Positions 1 to 11,330 of a stretch of DNA of 36,714 nucleotides are shown piece after piece. Origin of the DNA: Octopus bimaculoides. Its lineage: Eukaryota. Each line of letters opens with the position of its first letter. The stretch's first letter is position 1. The notes under the pieces are model-generated. The model saw nothing but the letters and a program-made list of their open reading frames with translations. It did no database searches and was not told the origin of the DNA. Where the stretch lies: contig NC_068983.1 of NCBI RefSeq assembly GCF_001194135.2, forward strand, positions 110,501,239 through 110,537,952. Direction: 5' to 3'. Position numbers and translations under genes: made by a program.

Positions 1-270
1 ATTTGAGATACATGCAAGACATGGATGCGGAGGTCTTCAAGATAAAACTTGACGCTTTCCTCTCCACGATACCAGACGAACCAATGGCTCGTAATGAGAC
101 GCAGTTTAGGGCAGCTATGTCAAATTCTCTTATACACCAGATGTGCCATCAAAACTCTTGATTGGACCATGTCAGGTGGGGGAGAAGAGCCATGCAAGGA
201 ACGTGAAAATCACGGTGGTGCACCAGCATGACCGCAGCCACTTGGCTGAAACACATAAATAAATAAATAA
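1..270 (+). mobile_element. 3' end of a CR1/L2-group LINE (ORF2 C-terminus, 3'UTR and (TAAA)n tail), truncated by the window edge
   Basis: Frame 3..161 reads LRYMQDMDAEVFKIKLDAFLSTIPDEPMARNETQFRAAMSNSLIHQMCHQNS*, matching the FKxKLDxFLxxIPDEP...RAAxSNSL C-terminal motif of CR1/L2-type ORF2. It is followed by ggtggtgcaccagcatgaccgcagccacttggctgaaacacataaataaataaataa. Confidence 0.75.
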
Positions 271-624
271 TATATATATATATATAAGGAAAGTCCTCCA
301 TCTTGCAAATAATAAATACTGACGCCTAACAAACCAGAAAATTTGGTGGAACATGTCTAGATATGGTGTCAAGCAATAACTCTAGATGTTAAATAAAATA
401 TAAAATGAATGAGACCGGAAATTATAAACTCTCAATATACTGGATTTCTGGAAATACGAACGGATAGCGAAACAAGCTACATAATTGTTATAAATCTATT
501 ATCAAATACACAATTCATAAAATCAGTTGCGTAACAGGTGGGAAGGATCTAAATGATGAAATAAATTTCGGAGTTTTGTAAAATCACAATGTTTGGTGCT
601 AATGAACCAATATTGCTTTCGAAT

Positions 625-828
625 TTTAGCAGGAGGGCAACAATTTGAGGTAGGGCGTAAGTCGATTTCACCAGCCCCAGTGCTCAACGGGGTCTTATTT
701 TGTCGACCCCAATTGTGTTAAAGGCAAAGTGAACCGCAGCAGAATTTGAACTCAGAACATAAGGACAGAAGAAATGCCACCAAGCATATTGTCTGGCGTG
801 CTAACAATCCTGCCATCTCACCTCCTTA
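625..828 (-). mobile_element. tRNA-derived SINE (family with head aaggcggcgagctggcag...), diverged copy
   Basis: Aligns by eye with the copies at 17377-18263 (gtcgaccccaa...aaaggcaaagt...gaatttgaactcagaac...ctggcgtgctaac...ctgcca.ctc.cc.cctt). B box GTTCAAATTC on the minus strand. Confidence 0.8.
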
Positions 829-958
829 GGTTTTAAATTTTAGTACAAGGCCAGCAATTTCGTGGGAGGGTTAAGTCGATTACTTTGACCTCAGTGTACA
901 ACTAGTACCGATTTTATCGACCTCAAAGGGATTAAAGGCAAAGTCAACCTCAGTCTAA
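829..958 (-). mobile_element. 5'-truncated SINE copy of the same family, abutting the previous copy
   Basis: gtacaaggccagcaattt...aagtcgatta...ttttatcgacctcaaagggattaaaggcaaagtcaacctc; the head is missing. Confidence 0.7.
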
Positions 959-2199
959 TGAACCGATATTACAAACTGTAATAACCCATTAAAAAATAAA
1001 AGAAATATAGCCTTAAAGTTTTGTTGGTTATCCATAATAGCATAATGTTTACTTGGGATAGAAAATGGTGACCTTGTTGACTATACCGGTATAATATTAT
1101 AAAATCACTGTTAGGTAAATACTAGAGTATTGCAATGCAGATTACCTTTTACAAATTAGATCCCTTAGGAAATTAAGTTTGCAGGTAGCAGGGGACAATC
1201 GATCAATTTATATGTTAGAATATCTGCACGAATTTATATGTTAGAATACCTAATTGTGTCTCTCGGCTGACCAGTTTAACTTCATCACTTGAGTATTGAA
1301 CAAATCTAACATCTTACCCACGACATATTGAACAAAAATAGAATAATGGTCACGAGAATTAGTGAGCAGTCAGTGAATTACGATCCGCCAAATATGTTAA
1401 TTTCGTAAATCTACATAGACAAGCATGGATATTAACTAGTTAGGCTGATTGAAATATTTATAGAGGCGCAGAATGATCGAATTAGCTGATATCCTCTTAA
1501 CATCATGAAACAGGAAATAACAACAAGTTTTTAAAATCCTTTCAATGCACGTTTTAAATATATATATAACAACGCATTCTTAGGGAAATTAACTCGCAAT
1601 TAAATGTAGGATATATTCTAGATTTTATAATATATCATACAGATATTTTATCAAAATATAAATTAATAATATGTACACAGAAATAATACGGTTATCAGAT
1701 TTGTATTATCCGATCATTGTAGAATATTAGTTAAGCAATGAATATCGAAATATTCACCATAAAGACTCAAATATTTCAAAATTCGTCACGTATGTTCTAA
1801 ATAAAGGTGGAATAACAGAAGAATGAAATGTTTTACATATAAAATCATAAGAATAAAAGATATTTAAATTTCCAACGCTAACATAACTAAAAGGTAATCC
1901 AAACAGATTTAAAAGATGATTAATAAAAACATATAGGAAAAAAATAAAAAAGAACGAAGAAAATAATGAAATCAAGCCGAAAAGAAAACATTCAGAAAAT
2001 TTGACTAATGCAAAATGTTTCTATAGTACTGCTTTCTTCTTTGGCATAGCATAAAAACCGTCAATTGTGTGTTGATAAAATATCGATCCGAAAAGAGCAT
2101 TTCATTTTGCTTGTTTATATGTTGAGAATAATAGTTAACTGAGATGAAAAAGATAAAAATAAGGCATGTGTATAGTGTGCCTTTCTCTCCGTATATACA

Positions 2200-2240
2200 A
2201 ATACACACACACACACATACACACACGTACATACACACGC

Positions 2241-2312
<72 letters not shown>
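2200..2312. repeat. (CA)n/(TA)n compound microsatellite
   Basis: Direct reading; it generates the spurious IY/HT-rich ORFs at 2005-2378. Confidence 0.95.
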
Positions 2313-2313
<1 letters not shown>

Positions 2314-3289
2314 GGAGTAAGCACATAGATGTGAAACAAGGTGGTAAAATGTGTACTCAAATACCAGAGGTAGAGTAATATGGTTTATTTAAAAGCGGTT
2401 TAACACAACTGTCCGATGAATGGGAACGTGAAACTCTGAGTAATAATTTTTGTTATATTTCTGCTGCTTTTAAATAACGTATATATATATATATATATAT
2501 GCACGCAAAGACACACACACAAACATACACGTATATACATACGAAAATTACGTAGGAGTGCTTGCGTGCAAGCGTGCGTGTTAAAGCAAGAATTGTAAAA
2601 CAGCACTCAATAGCAGATGATAGTTCTGCATGATTATAAAACCTAACACCTTACATCTATTTATTAGAAGTACGTATTTCTGTCCATCTGACTGGATATG
2701 AAGGCATTTCATAAACCAGTCTGATGATTCCTGACATGAAATTCAAAAAACCTGATTTAAGATGGCAGCTGTTATAATGAGGTATCAGAACACACATATA
2801 CCCCTCCCCATAGTCATACAAACACAAAGACATCTCCTCTCACACATATGTACTACTTGTGCATATGTTTATACATAGGCATATATGCATATGAAAATAG
2901 GTATGTATATATAAATGGGTATACGTAATAACTACGTTTGTTTTGTAATAAAGACTTATAATGTCGCAGGTGTATCGAACAACACAATTTCTTATAGAAT
3001 CGTGAAGTGAAGCCATGATGCTCTAAGAAGATTTCAGCTAAAAGTGTATTTAGTTGCAGTATGTGCAAATAAATAGGTTCGAAGGAAGTCATGCTGATAA
3101 GGGTAGAGTGGGAGTGTAAGAAATACAGGCAGAAAGAAGTGAACGGGAAAAGAGTTGGGGTAACTAAAGTGGAATTAATGCTTTGATGACATTAGTTGGC
3201 ATTAGTCGAGGGCAACCAGAAAGATAAACAAGTTGTAAGGGTAAGGAAATGACCAATAGAAATGGGAGATCTGACAAAGGGTGGACAAT

Positions 3290-3849
3290 GGCGCAGGAGT
3301 GGCTGTGTGGTAAGTAGCTTGTTTACCAACCACATGGTTCTGGGTTCAGTCCCACTGCATGGCACCTTGGGCAAGTGTCTGCTACTATAGCCTCGGGCCG
3401 ACCAAAGCCTTGTGAGTGGATTTGGTAGACGGAAACTGAAAGAAGCCCGTCGTATATATGTANNNNNNNNNNNNNNNNNNNNNNNNNNNNNNNNNNNNNN
3501 NNNNNNNNNNNNNNNNNNNNNNNNNNNNNNNNNNNNNNNNNNNNNNNNNNNNNNNNNNNNNNNNNNNNNNNNNNNNNNNNNNNNNNNNNNNNNNNNNNNN
3601 NNNNNNNNNNNNNNNNNNNNNNNNNNNNNNNNNNNNNNNNNNNNNNNNNNNNNNNNNNNNNNNNNNNNNNNNNNNNNNNNNNNNNNNNNNNNNNNNNNNN
3701 NNNNNNNNNNNNNNNNNAGAGACCGACAGTATAAGTACTAGGCTTATAAAAAGAATAATCCCTGGGGTCGATTTGCTCGACTAAAAAGTTGGTGCCCCAG
3801 CATGGCCGCAGTCAAATGACTGAAACAAGTAAAAGAGTAAAGAGAGTAA
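3290..3849 (+). mobile_element. tRNA/CORE-type SINE with internal microsatellite (lost in N gap 3463-3717) and LINE-like 3' tail
   Basis: Head ggcgcaggagtggctgtgtgg (A box) and gggttcagtccc (B box); CORE-like ccttgggcaagtgtct; tail ggtgccccagcatggccgcagtcaaatgactgaaacaagtaaaagagtaa. Confidence 0.85.
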
Positions 3850-4089
3850 TGGTACGGGATACATAGCGGTAGGTTGTGAATAAATGTCAGTAGCTTAAAT
3901 ATGTACAGACTAAAGAAATAAATATAAAGACTACATAAAGAATGGAGTAAACGCTGCGGAATCCACATCTGAAAAGTGAGAGGGAATGTATAGAATGCTA
4001 AGAGAAGGAAAGAATGAAAAATAGTGGGAGCGTAACGGTGTTAAAGAACTAGAATTGTTAAGATGATAATTCTTACGGTTGAAGTATGA

Positions 4090-4645
4090 GGATTTAAGTT
4101 AATGAGAACATGCTTTGTTTGTTGGGAAAATAACTTTGTAGAGAGACCGCATTGTTGATTCACAGCAACAGAATTGACAGGTTGGTCTATTTCTTGTATA
4201 GGGAATTCCATCATAAATTATGGGATCACGACAGGTTATAGGATATATCCTCGGACTTGAGGCGGTGTATGTGTGTATTGAGTGAGATAGATTGTTTCCT
4301 GGCACTATTACAGAGAGAACTCAGATGTGCAAATAACAGCGTCAAAACCTTGACGGAGTTGGTCCTTGGGTTAGTGCTGGTTCATTTACCCACAACATTA
4401 AAGCACAAGCAGCTACCCATCAAAGGGCAGTTACAATGTACTCTCTCTATATAAAAGTCTCTTCTAATCACCATAAATCTGTTTTAGATAACATTGTCAA
4501 AGGTGTTTTCATTAAGATCTCCAAAATCACTGCTAATGAAAACATGTTTAACAATCATGCACCGTACTACAATGAGACCCTCCTTACTAATAGATTTTTC
4601 GAGATTTCCCGTATCCTCAACACTGGACTTAAAATAAAATTGTGA
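4090..4645 (+). mobile_element. Decayed Penelope-like element reverse transcriptase/thumb remnant
   Basis: Broken frames give QVGLFLV (cf. ELVGLFLL), DCFLALL (cf. NFLDVTL) and LYIKVSSNHHKSVLDNIVKGVFIKISKITANENMFNNHAPYYNETL (cf. YINxxSNHPPSIIKNIPxxINxRLSxISSNExxFNxxAPYYNxAL of PLE RTs). Confidence 0.6.
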
Positions 4646-5678
4646 ACTATTGGTTGCTCATTACTGTAGCGTTCCCTCTAAACTTACCTTTACTTGTAAC
4701 TCTACTAACAGGATTCAATACAAAATTTCCGCAACAACTTTTAATACGAATCTGAGAAGTATTTATCAAAAATATCTGTAATCCTACTTTTGATATTTAT
4801 ATTTTTTCGGTATCCCGCTTCGTGAAAAAAATATTTGATTCGATTTTAGATAATGTTTTCTAAATGCGCAGCAACATTATCGTATTTTTTACTAGTCTTG
4901 TTATTAAACGAAGTATAATAGATTTATTTTTGGAATAGCTAGTGCATTTACAACTGTTATTTTACATTTTATCACTTAATTATGCTTACAGTATTAAAAC
5001 AATGCATCTACAATATTCTTCACTAAAAATTACTTTTATGCTTGCGTTGTACTGTTTACAGTTTCAATTTCTAAGAATTTGCAAGTTTGTGTTTAATAAT
5101 TTTCTTGAAACTCTAATTGTTATGTAACATGATATCAAGTATTTGTGTTAATTTTGTCCCTTTCAATGTTACTTCTTAAAGCATTTCGAAATCAAATTTC
5201 TTGTCAATTCCTTCGAAATAATTTCCTTCATGTAACGCTGTTTCCAATAATTTGTCGTCCGAAGATGACATTTGAGGTCATCAATACACAAAATGTTGTT
5301 GATATTCTTGTCATAAAATGGTCTCTGAATATACTCTGGTGTAGCATATTAGTTAAAACTTTAAACTCCGTTTCACACTTCAGCTTATGTAACATAATTA
5401 AATCAACATGAAATCTGAGTATAAGTTGTATAAGAAGGGGATGGAGGAGGAGAAAAAGAAGGAAAAGAGCAGCTAATGAAAAGTTATAGAAGAAAACCGA
5501 AAAGATAAAGATGTTATCAGTGATATCAACTTAAGTTAAAAGGGATTCAAGATATCATAACAAGAGGGATATGTATGTATATGTACATTTATTTATGACG
5601 TATATGTATCCAATTGGTGGGTGTTATGAAAGATAATTTTCTGTTTTGTTAATTAATGATTTCTTATGGCTCACTCAC

Positions 5679-5820
5679 ATCTGAGTAAGATCTTTAACAT
5701 ATATACCCTGTTCAAGGTCAAATTTGGAAGCTTTATCACAATCCTCCATAAAATGTTCTTTTTCATCATTCTTGCCACCATTTCTTTTGCTTCTTATATT
5801 CAAACTTACAACTAATTTTG
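5679..5820 (-). other. Candidate 142-nt coding exon (unverified)
   Basis: Minus-strand acceptor ...gtttatttttaaactaaaag and donor CAGAT|gtgagt. Open, purine-rich frame KLVVSLNIRSKRNGGKNDEKEHFMEDCDKASKFDLEQGIYVKDLTQ. No partner exons established. Confidence 0.25.
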
Positions 5821-6179
5821 CTTTTAGTTTAAAAATAAACAACATATGATTGAAACGGAATTGTAACTCTATAGGTAATTCATTAATAGAGTAACACATT
5901 TAATTCTACTTCCTCTAAGAACTGAATAATCCTTTTAATATGCAAAATCCTGCTTCATAAAAACATACTATTCATATGTGTATACATCGGTACATATGTG
6001 AGTGTGTGTGTATTTATGCATGAGTATTTACAAACATATATACATATAGATATACTGTTAACACCAAATACTCACGCTGCATTCCATCATAACCCGTGAA
6101 CAAAATCTGTTTGATACTTCAAAGAGAGAAACGGATGCTGTGTTTTCTGCGGAGAACTAATAAAATTCTTTTAACGTAA

Positions 6180-7260
6180 ATGCAGCTAACATGAGTGCCA
6201 CTTCTCGGAAGCAATAACTGCTTTAGAATCGGAATAACACTATTTCTAGAACGGTGTGAGGGCTTCCTCTATTAGCCTAAAAGTTCCTGATAAATATTGA
6301 ATCGCTGAAAGATTTAGCCAGAGATGCAATGCACCCTTCTATCTAATTGCAAAGCGCATATGACCTCTGTTTTACCTATCGACTCAGTGAAAGATATAAT
6401 AATAACAATCTAAAAATATAAAAAACGATTCTAATGAAATATTCAAAAGAATAAGAGATAGATAGAAGGTATTGTTTTTGCAATGCCTTTTATGGAGATA
6501 TTTATGTCTCATCGTATTACAAAAATCTTTGCAGATGACTCGAAACTCTAGAATGTCTTCATGGGAGATTTAAAAACTAGAAATCCAACGTTGTCTACGA
6601 GCTGTTATTTAAAGAGCTATCATATCACATTACAGCTGAGCGAGAAAACTATATTTGGGCTTATCTGCTGTGAAAAGAAGATATGCTTGAACAGTTGTAT
6701 TCTCTTCCAAGTAAAAGCTACTTGTAGCATCAAGAAATAACAGACTTAGTTGTAGCTGTCGACTACTATCTATGCAAATATCAACAACATAATCTGTATT
6801 TTTCGCAGAAAATTTCTCGAGTCCATAGACTTGCCTAGGCTACACATTTTTATGAATCTTTTCGGGATTCAAGATATTGAATACAGTTGCCTAATGTTTA
6901 CTCCTTATTCCAAATAAAACATGATAAGACCTGAAGCACTCAGAAGTCAATTACAGAAAAGAAAGTAATTAGAATATGTCCTTGATTAATGCAGTCACCC
7001 AAAAGCACACACTTTGTTCATTTTAGCTCTGTTGTGGGCGTCATATTACGTATAAAATATGAAATATATTCCGTCAACATTGTCCAAACGATGCATGTCA
7101 CCAGTTCAGAAGACCCATACAAAAATCACATGATAACGTAATGCAATTGTTTTATCTAATCTGGCCTGACTTTATGCAATAAATATCCCGAAAGAAATCA
7201 ATTACTAAGATGTCAGCTGAAATTTAAACTGTATTGGAACAAATTTACCTTAGAAATATC
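6180..7260 (+). mobile_element. Highly decayed CR1/L2-group LINE RT region
   Basis: aaaatctttgcagatgactcgaaactc = KIFADDSKL (RT YADD motif). Upstream frameshifted YL(D)FAKAYDSV-like motif near 6340-6375; C-terminal FKxKL-like remnant near 7150-7240. Many stops. Confidence 0.5.
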
Positions 7261-7691
7261 AGATAAACCAGCAATAACGGATAAGTTTGTGTCAATAACA
7301 ATTTCCCTTCGGGTAGACTAAAGATAGTATCTGAATATTGTGCACCAAACTATGAAACTTACGAAGAGACGAACATCACGGATGTATCATTTTCTAGTCT
7401 AATAGTAATTAAAAATAACACTGATATCATGGCGGATATATATTATAAAAACATCTTTGCTTCAATTTTACGTAGCGTTATCCAGCACATATAAAACTTT
7501 ACATCCTATATTATCAGATTAGGAAAATTTTAATCATTACTGGTGGTGTAAATATCGCAGAACTCAAGTGATTTCTACGCATACAAAAACATCCACCCTC
7601 ACTTATATGATATAGTTCGGACAAAATCTAACAATAGTACAGCTTCGAGCAACCCTAAAAAGAGAAACACAAGACCTGTAAATATATTCAT

Positions 7692-7927
7692 GTACTTGTT
7701 TCGGTCATTTTACTGCGGCCATGCTGGAGTACCACCTTTAGTGGAACAAATCAATCTCAGGTCTTATTCTATCGGTCTCTTATGCCAAACGCTAACTTAC
7801 AGAGATGTAATCACACCAACGAGCGATGGTGGGGGGACAAACACAGAAACACAATACATGTATACGTACATACATACATACATACATACATATGATATAT
7901 ATATGTATATATATGTACATATATATA
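7692..7927 (-). mobile_element. 3' half of the CORE-type SINE (as at 3290), running into an N gap
   Basis: Reverse complement reads ...ggtggtactccagcatggccgcagtaaaatgaccgaaacaagtac, followed on the plus strand by (TACA)/(TA)n and the gap. Confidence 0.8.
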
Positions 7928-8261
7928 NNNNNNNNNNNNNNNNNNNNNNNNNNNNNNNNNNNNNNNNNNNNNNNNNNNNNNNNNNNNNNNNNNNNNNNNN
8001 NNNNNNNNNNNNNNNNNNNNNNNNNNNNNNNNNNNNNNNNNNNNNNNNNNNNNNNNNNNNNNNNNNNNNNNNNNNNNNNNNNNNNNNNNNNNNNNNNNNN
8101 NNNNNNNNNNNNNNNNNNNNNNNNNNNNNNNNNNNNNNNNNNNNNNNNNNNNNNNNNNNNNNNNNNNNNNNNNNNNNNNNNNNNNNNNNNNNNNNNNNNN
8201 NNNNNNNNNNNNNNNNNNNNNNNNNNNNNNNNNNNNNNNNNNNNNNNNNNNNNNNNNNTAT

Positions 8262-8292
<31 letters not shown>

Positions 8293-8320
8293 TATAGTTA
8301 GTCAAAGGATACACTAAGTA

Positions 8321-8503
8321 TGTCTACCTGCTGGAAATAACACTCCAGACTCTTATTTAAATCACCATAATACACTGTTAATGACTACAGAAATCAACCA
8401 TCCGAAAGCAAACGAGACAAGACAAACTCACAACATAAATTCAAGTATTTGAACTCACGTGAACTGGTTTCAGGACTGGCATAATAGCCTAACCTTCCTC
8501 AGC
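8321..8503. repeat. Copy 1 of a 183-bp diverged direct duplication
   Basis: Gapless hand alignment with 8777-8959; 31 mismatches in 183 nt (about 83% identity). Confidence 0.85.
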
Positions 8504-8776
8504 ACACGTTACCATGATGGAGAGCCCCAACCCGTCGTGTTGAAGTCTGCGTTGCAACTGATTCGTTTTGCGCCGAAATCATAGCAGTGTGAAAATAATT
8601 TTGATACCGTGCAAATAATTCACGAGAAAAAAATAATTCACGAAAAAATCGTTTCCGAATGTATCATCGACTCTGTTATTATCTAGTATAATATCAATTT
8701 TAAAATGATAATAACAGAATCAATAATATAGGTGATTGCAGGCCTGAAGGATTAAAATTAATCAATGGACATACCA

Positions 8777-8959
8777 TGTCTACCTGCTGGAAATAAAAGT
8801 CAAAACTCTTATTTAAATCGCCAAAATACACTGGTAATAACTACAGTAATCAACCGTCCAAAGGCAAACGGGCCAATACAATTTATCAGCATACATTCAA
8901 GTATTTGGACTAACGTACATAGGTTTCTGGACTGGCATAATAGCCCAAACCTCCTCAGC
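8777..8959. repeat. Copy 2 of the 183-bp diverged direct duplication
   Basis: Offset 456 bp from copy 1; shares tgtctacctgctggaaataa, actcttatttaaatc, ttcaagtattt, ggactggcataatagcc and cctcagca. Confidence 0.85.
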
Positions 8960-9082
8960 ATGTCCTTTGATCAATTCTAAACCTTCAGTTATTTAATGTC
9001 TTTTAAGGGGACCTGCAAACGCCTTTATTATTGATTCCGTTATTATCTTCTTACCACGCATTCACTCCTACGCCTATATGTA

Positions 9083-9270
9083 TACTCTCTTAATCTTTTA
9101 CACGTTTCAGTCATTTGATTACCGCCATGCTGGAGCATCACCCCAGAACTTATTCTTTGTTTGCCTAATACTTATTCTATCGGTCTCTTTTGCTGAACCG
9201 TTAGGCTTCCGGGACATAAACACACCAACATCGGTTGTCAAGCGATGATGAGGGGTAACAGGCACAGAAA

Positions 9271-9333
<63 letters not shown>

Positions 9334-9343
9334 GTATATAATA
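9083..9343 (-). mobile_element. 3' half of the CORE-type SINE with (CA)n, running into an N gap
   Basis: Reverse complement of the tail is ggtgatgctccagcatggcggtaatcaaatgactgaaacgtgt; the internal ttattctatcggtctcttttgctgaaccg segment is shared with 7760-7800. Confidence 0.8.
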
Positions 9344-10133
9344 NNNNNNNNNNNNNNNNNNNNNNNNNNNNNNNNNNNNNNNNNNNNNNNNNNNNNNNNN
9401 NNNNNNNNNNNNNNNNNNNNNNNNNNNNNNNNNNNNNNNNNNNNNNNNNNNNNNNNNNNNNNNNNNNNNNNNNNNNNNNNNNNNNNNNNNNNNNNNNNNN
9501 NNNNNNNNNNNNNNNNNNNNNNNNNNNNNNNNNNNNNNNNNNNNNNNNNNNNNNNNNNNNNNNNNNNNNNNNNNNNNNNNNNNNNNNNNNNNNNNNNNNN
9601 NNNNNNNNNNNNNNNNNNNNNNNNNNNNNNNNNNNNNNNNNNNNNNNNNNNNNNNNNNNNNNNNNNNNNNNNNNNNNNNNNNNNNNNNNNNNNNNNNNNN
9701 NNNNNNNNNNNNNNNNNNNNNNNNNNNNNNNNNNNNNNNNNNNNNNNNNNNNNNNNNNNNNNNNNNNNNNNNNNNNNNNNNNNNNNNNNNNNNNNNNNNN
9801 NNNNNNNNNNNNNNNNNNNNNNNNNNNNNNNNNNNNNNNNNNNNNNNNNNNNNNNNNNNNNNNNNNNNNNNNNNNNNNNNNNNNNNNNNNNNNNNNNNNN
9901 NNNNNNNNNNNNNNNNNNNNNNNNNNNNNNNNNACGCCTGCATATATACTTTATTTGTAAGCTAAGAAGGTAACCTAAGGTTTCATTTGAAGGGATTCTC
10001 ACAACTGTTCGCGCATGCCTCATTGAAGTGTTGATACTCGTTTTCATTTTGTATGAGAACACCCGTGCTAACACACCACTAAAAGGGATTTTTAAATAAA
10101 TACATAGAACGTGGGAAGTAACTTATCATTATA

Positions 10134-10134
<1 letters not shown>

Positions 10135-10196
<62 letters not shown>

Positions 10197-10202
10197 GTAT
10201 AT
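10135..10202. repeat. (CA)n(TA)n microsatellite
   Basis: Direct reading. Confidence 0.95.
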
Positions 10203-10859
10203 AATACTTTTTAATTGATCCATTATCCCCATGACCCTAATATTTTTAACGTCACCCAGTCCAGTTTGCTAATTATCAGATATTGTAATTATTTAAAGGT
10301 TATAATCACCAAATAAAGACGTATTGAAAGCGAGTGACAACCGAAATATTTGCATAATATTGTTTTTTCTTAAACAGTGACGTAACGTACAATATTCATT
10401 TTCATCGGAAAATTGTAACAAAGTGATCTAATTTGACATAATTAAGACAGGAAGTCGCATCTCAAGTATCTCATCTTCTAAAATATTGGAGCGCCGTTCT
10501 TGCTAAACGAAAAAGAACCCGACATTTAGGAGAATATATAAAAGAATCGTAGGCTTTGTCGATAATCATACTTAGGACCATCTTTATATGACATAATGTC
10601 ATCGCTAGGGAAGAGTTCTAATCAAATGACTCTACCTAGGCATATAATTGCTAACCCTTCATAAAAGAAAAGTGGCAAACATCTGCGTTGGTAGGCTTGT
10701 AAAAAATGTTTTAACAGTCAAACCTTCTGAGAACATCGTAGATCCATGGGTGAATTCCTTTAAACTTTACTTTCTGATGTCAGAATCAATAGGGTGCTGA
10801 CTTAGCTTTTCAAGCTTTGGGCGTGAATAAGCATTTGGCATATACAAATGTGGTTTGGC

Positions 10860-11090
10860 GGCGCCGCACGGCTTAGTGGTTAAGATGTTATACTAACGAT
10901 CGTATGATTGTGATTTCGACTCCTGGACATGGCGATGCATTGCGTTCTTGAAGCAAAATACTTAATTTCACGTTGCTCTAGTTCCCTCACCCGGCAAAAA
11001 TGAGTAATCGTGCAATGGAACAGTGTTTCGTCCAAAAGCGAAATATTTAAGTCACAGACTCCGGGAAACCGATCTTATGAGCCGATAGGT
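10860..11090 (+). mobile_element. Diverged tRNA-derived SINE with CORE-like domain
   Basis: ggcttagtggttaag (A box), gatttcgactcc (B box), then gcgttcttgaagcaaaatacttaatttcacgttgctc (CORE-like). Confidence 0.7.
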
Positions 11091-11219
11091 CGAGAAAGAC
11101 TTCTGACTGTTTTGAAATAGCTTTTGAATCATCTCAAACCTTATTAAATATGTATGCGAAATCTTCCTTTGTAATAAAGCAAGTTCGAATACATATACGG
11201 TTTTGGATTCATTTATATA

Positions 11220-11289
11220 CATACAACGCACACGCGTGCGTGCGAGCACACACAGCCACGCACGCACACGCACACACAGACACGCACGC

Positions 11290-11328
<39 letters not shown>

Positions 11329-11330
11329 TA
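11220..11330. repeat. (CA)/(CGCA)n microsatellite
   Basis: Direct reading. Confidence 0.9.

Noticed and set aside
2691-2745. CTGATGA...GAAA motif next to a small hairpin
   Set aside because: No pairable stem II or stem III, so not a hammerhead.
3412-10074. Long ORFs containing X runs (also 31892-32424)
   Set aside because: Open only because they cross N gaps.
10440-10850. Possible Penelope RT remnant on the minus strand (YSRPKL, VKTFFTSLP-like)
   Set aside because: Motifs are too degenerate to support a call without a profile search.
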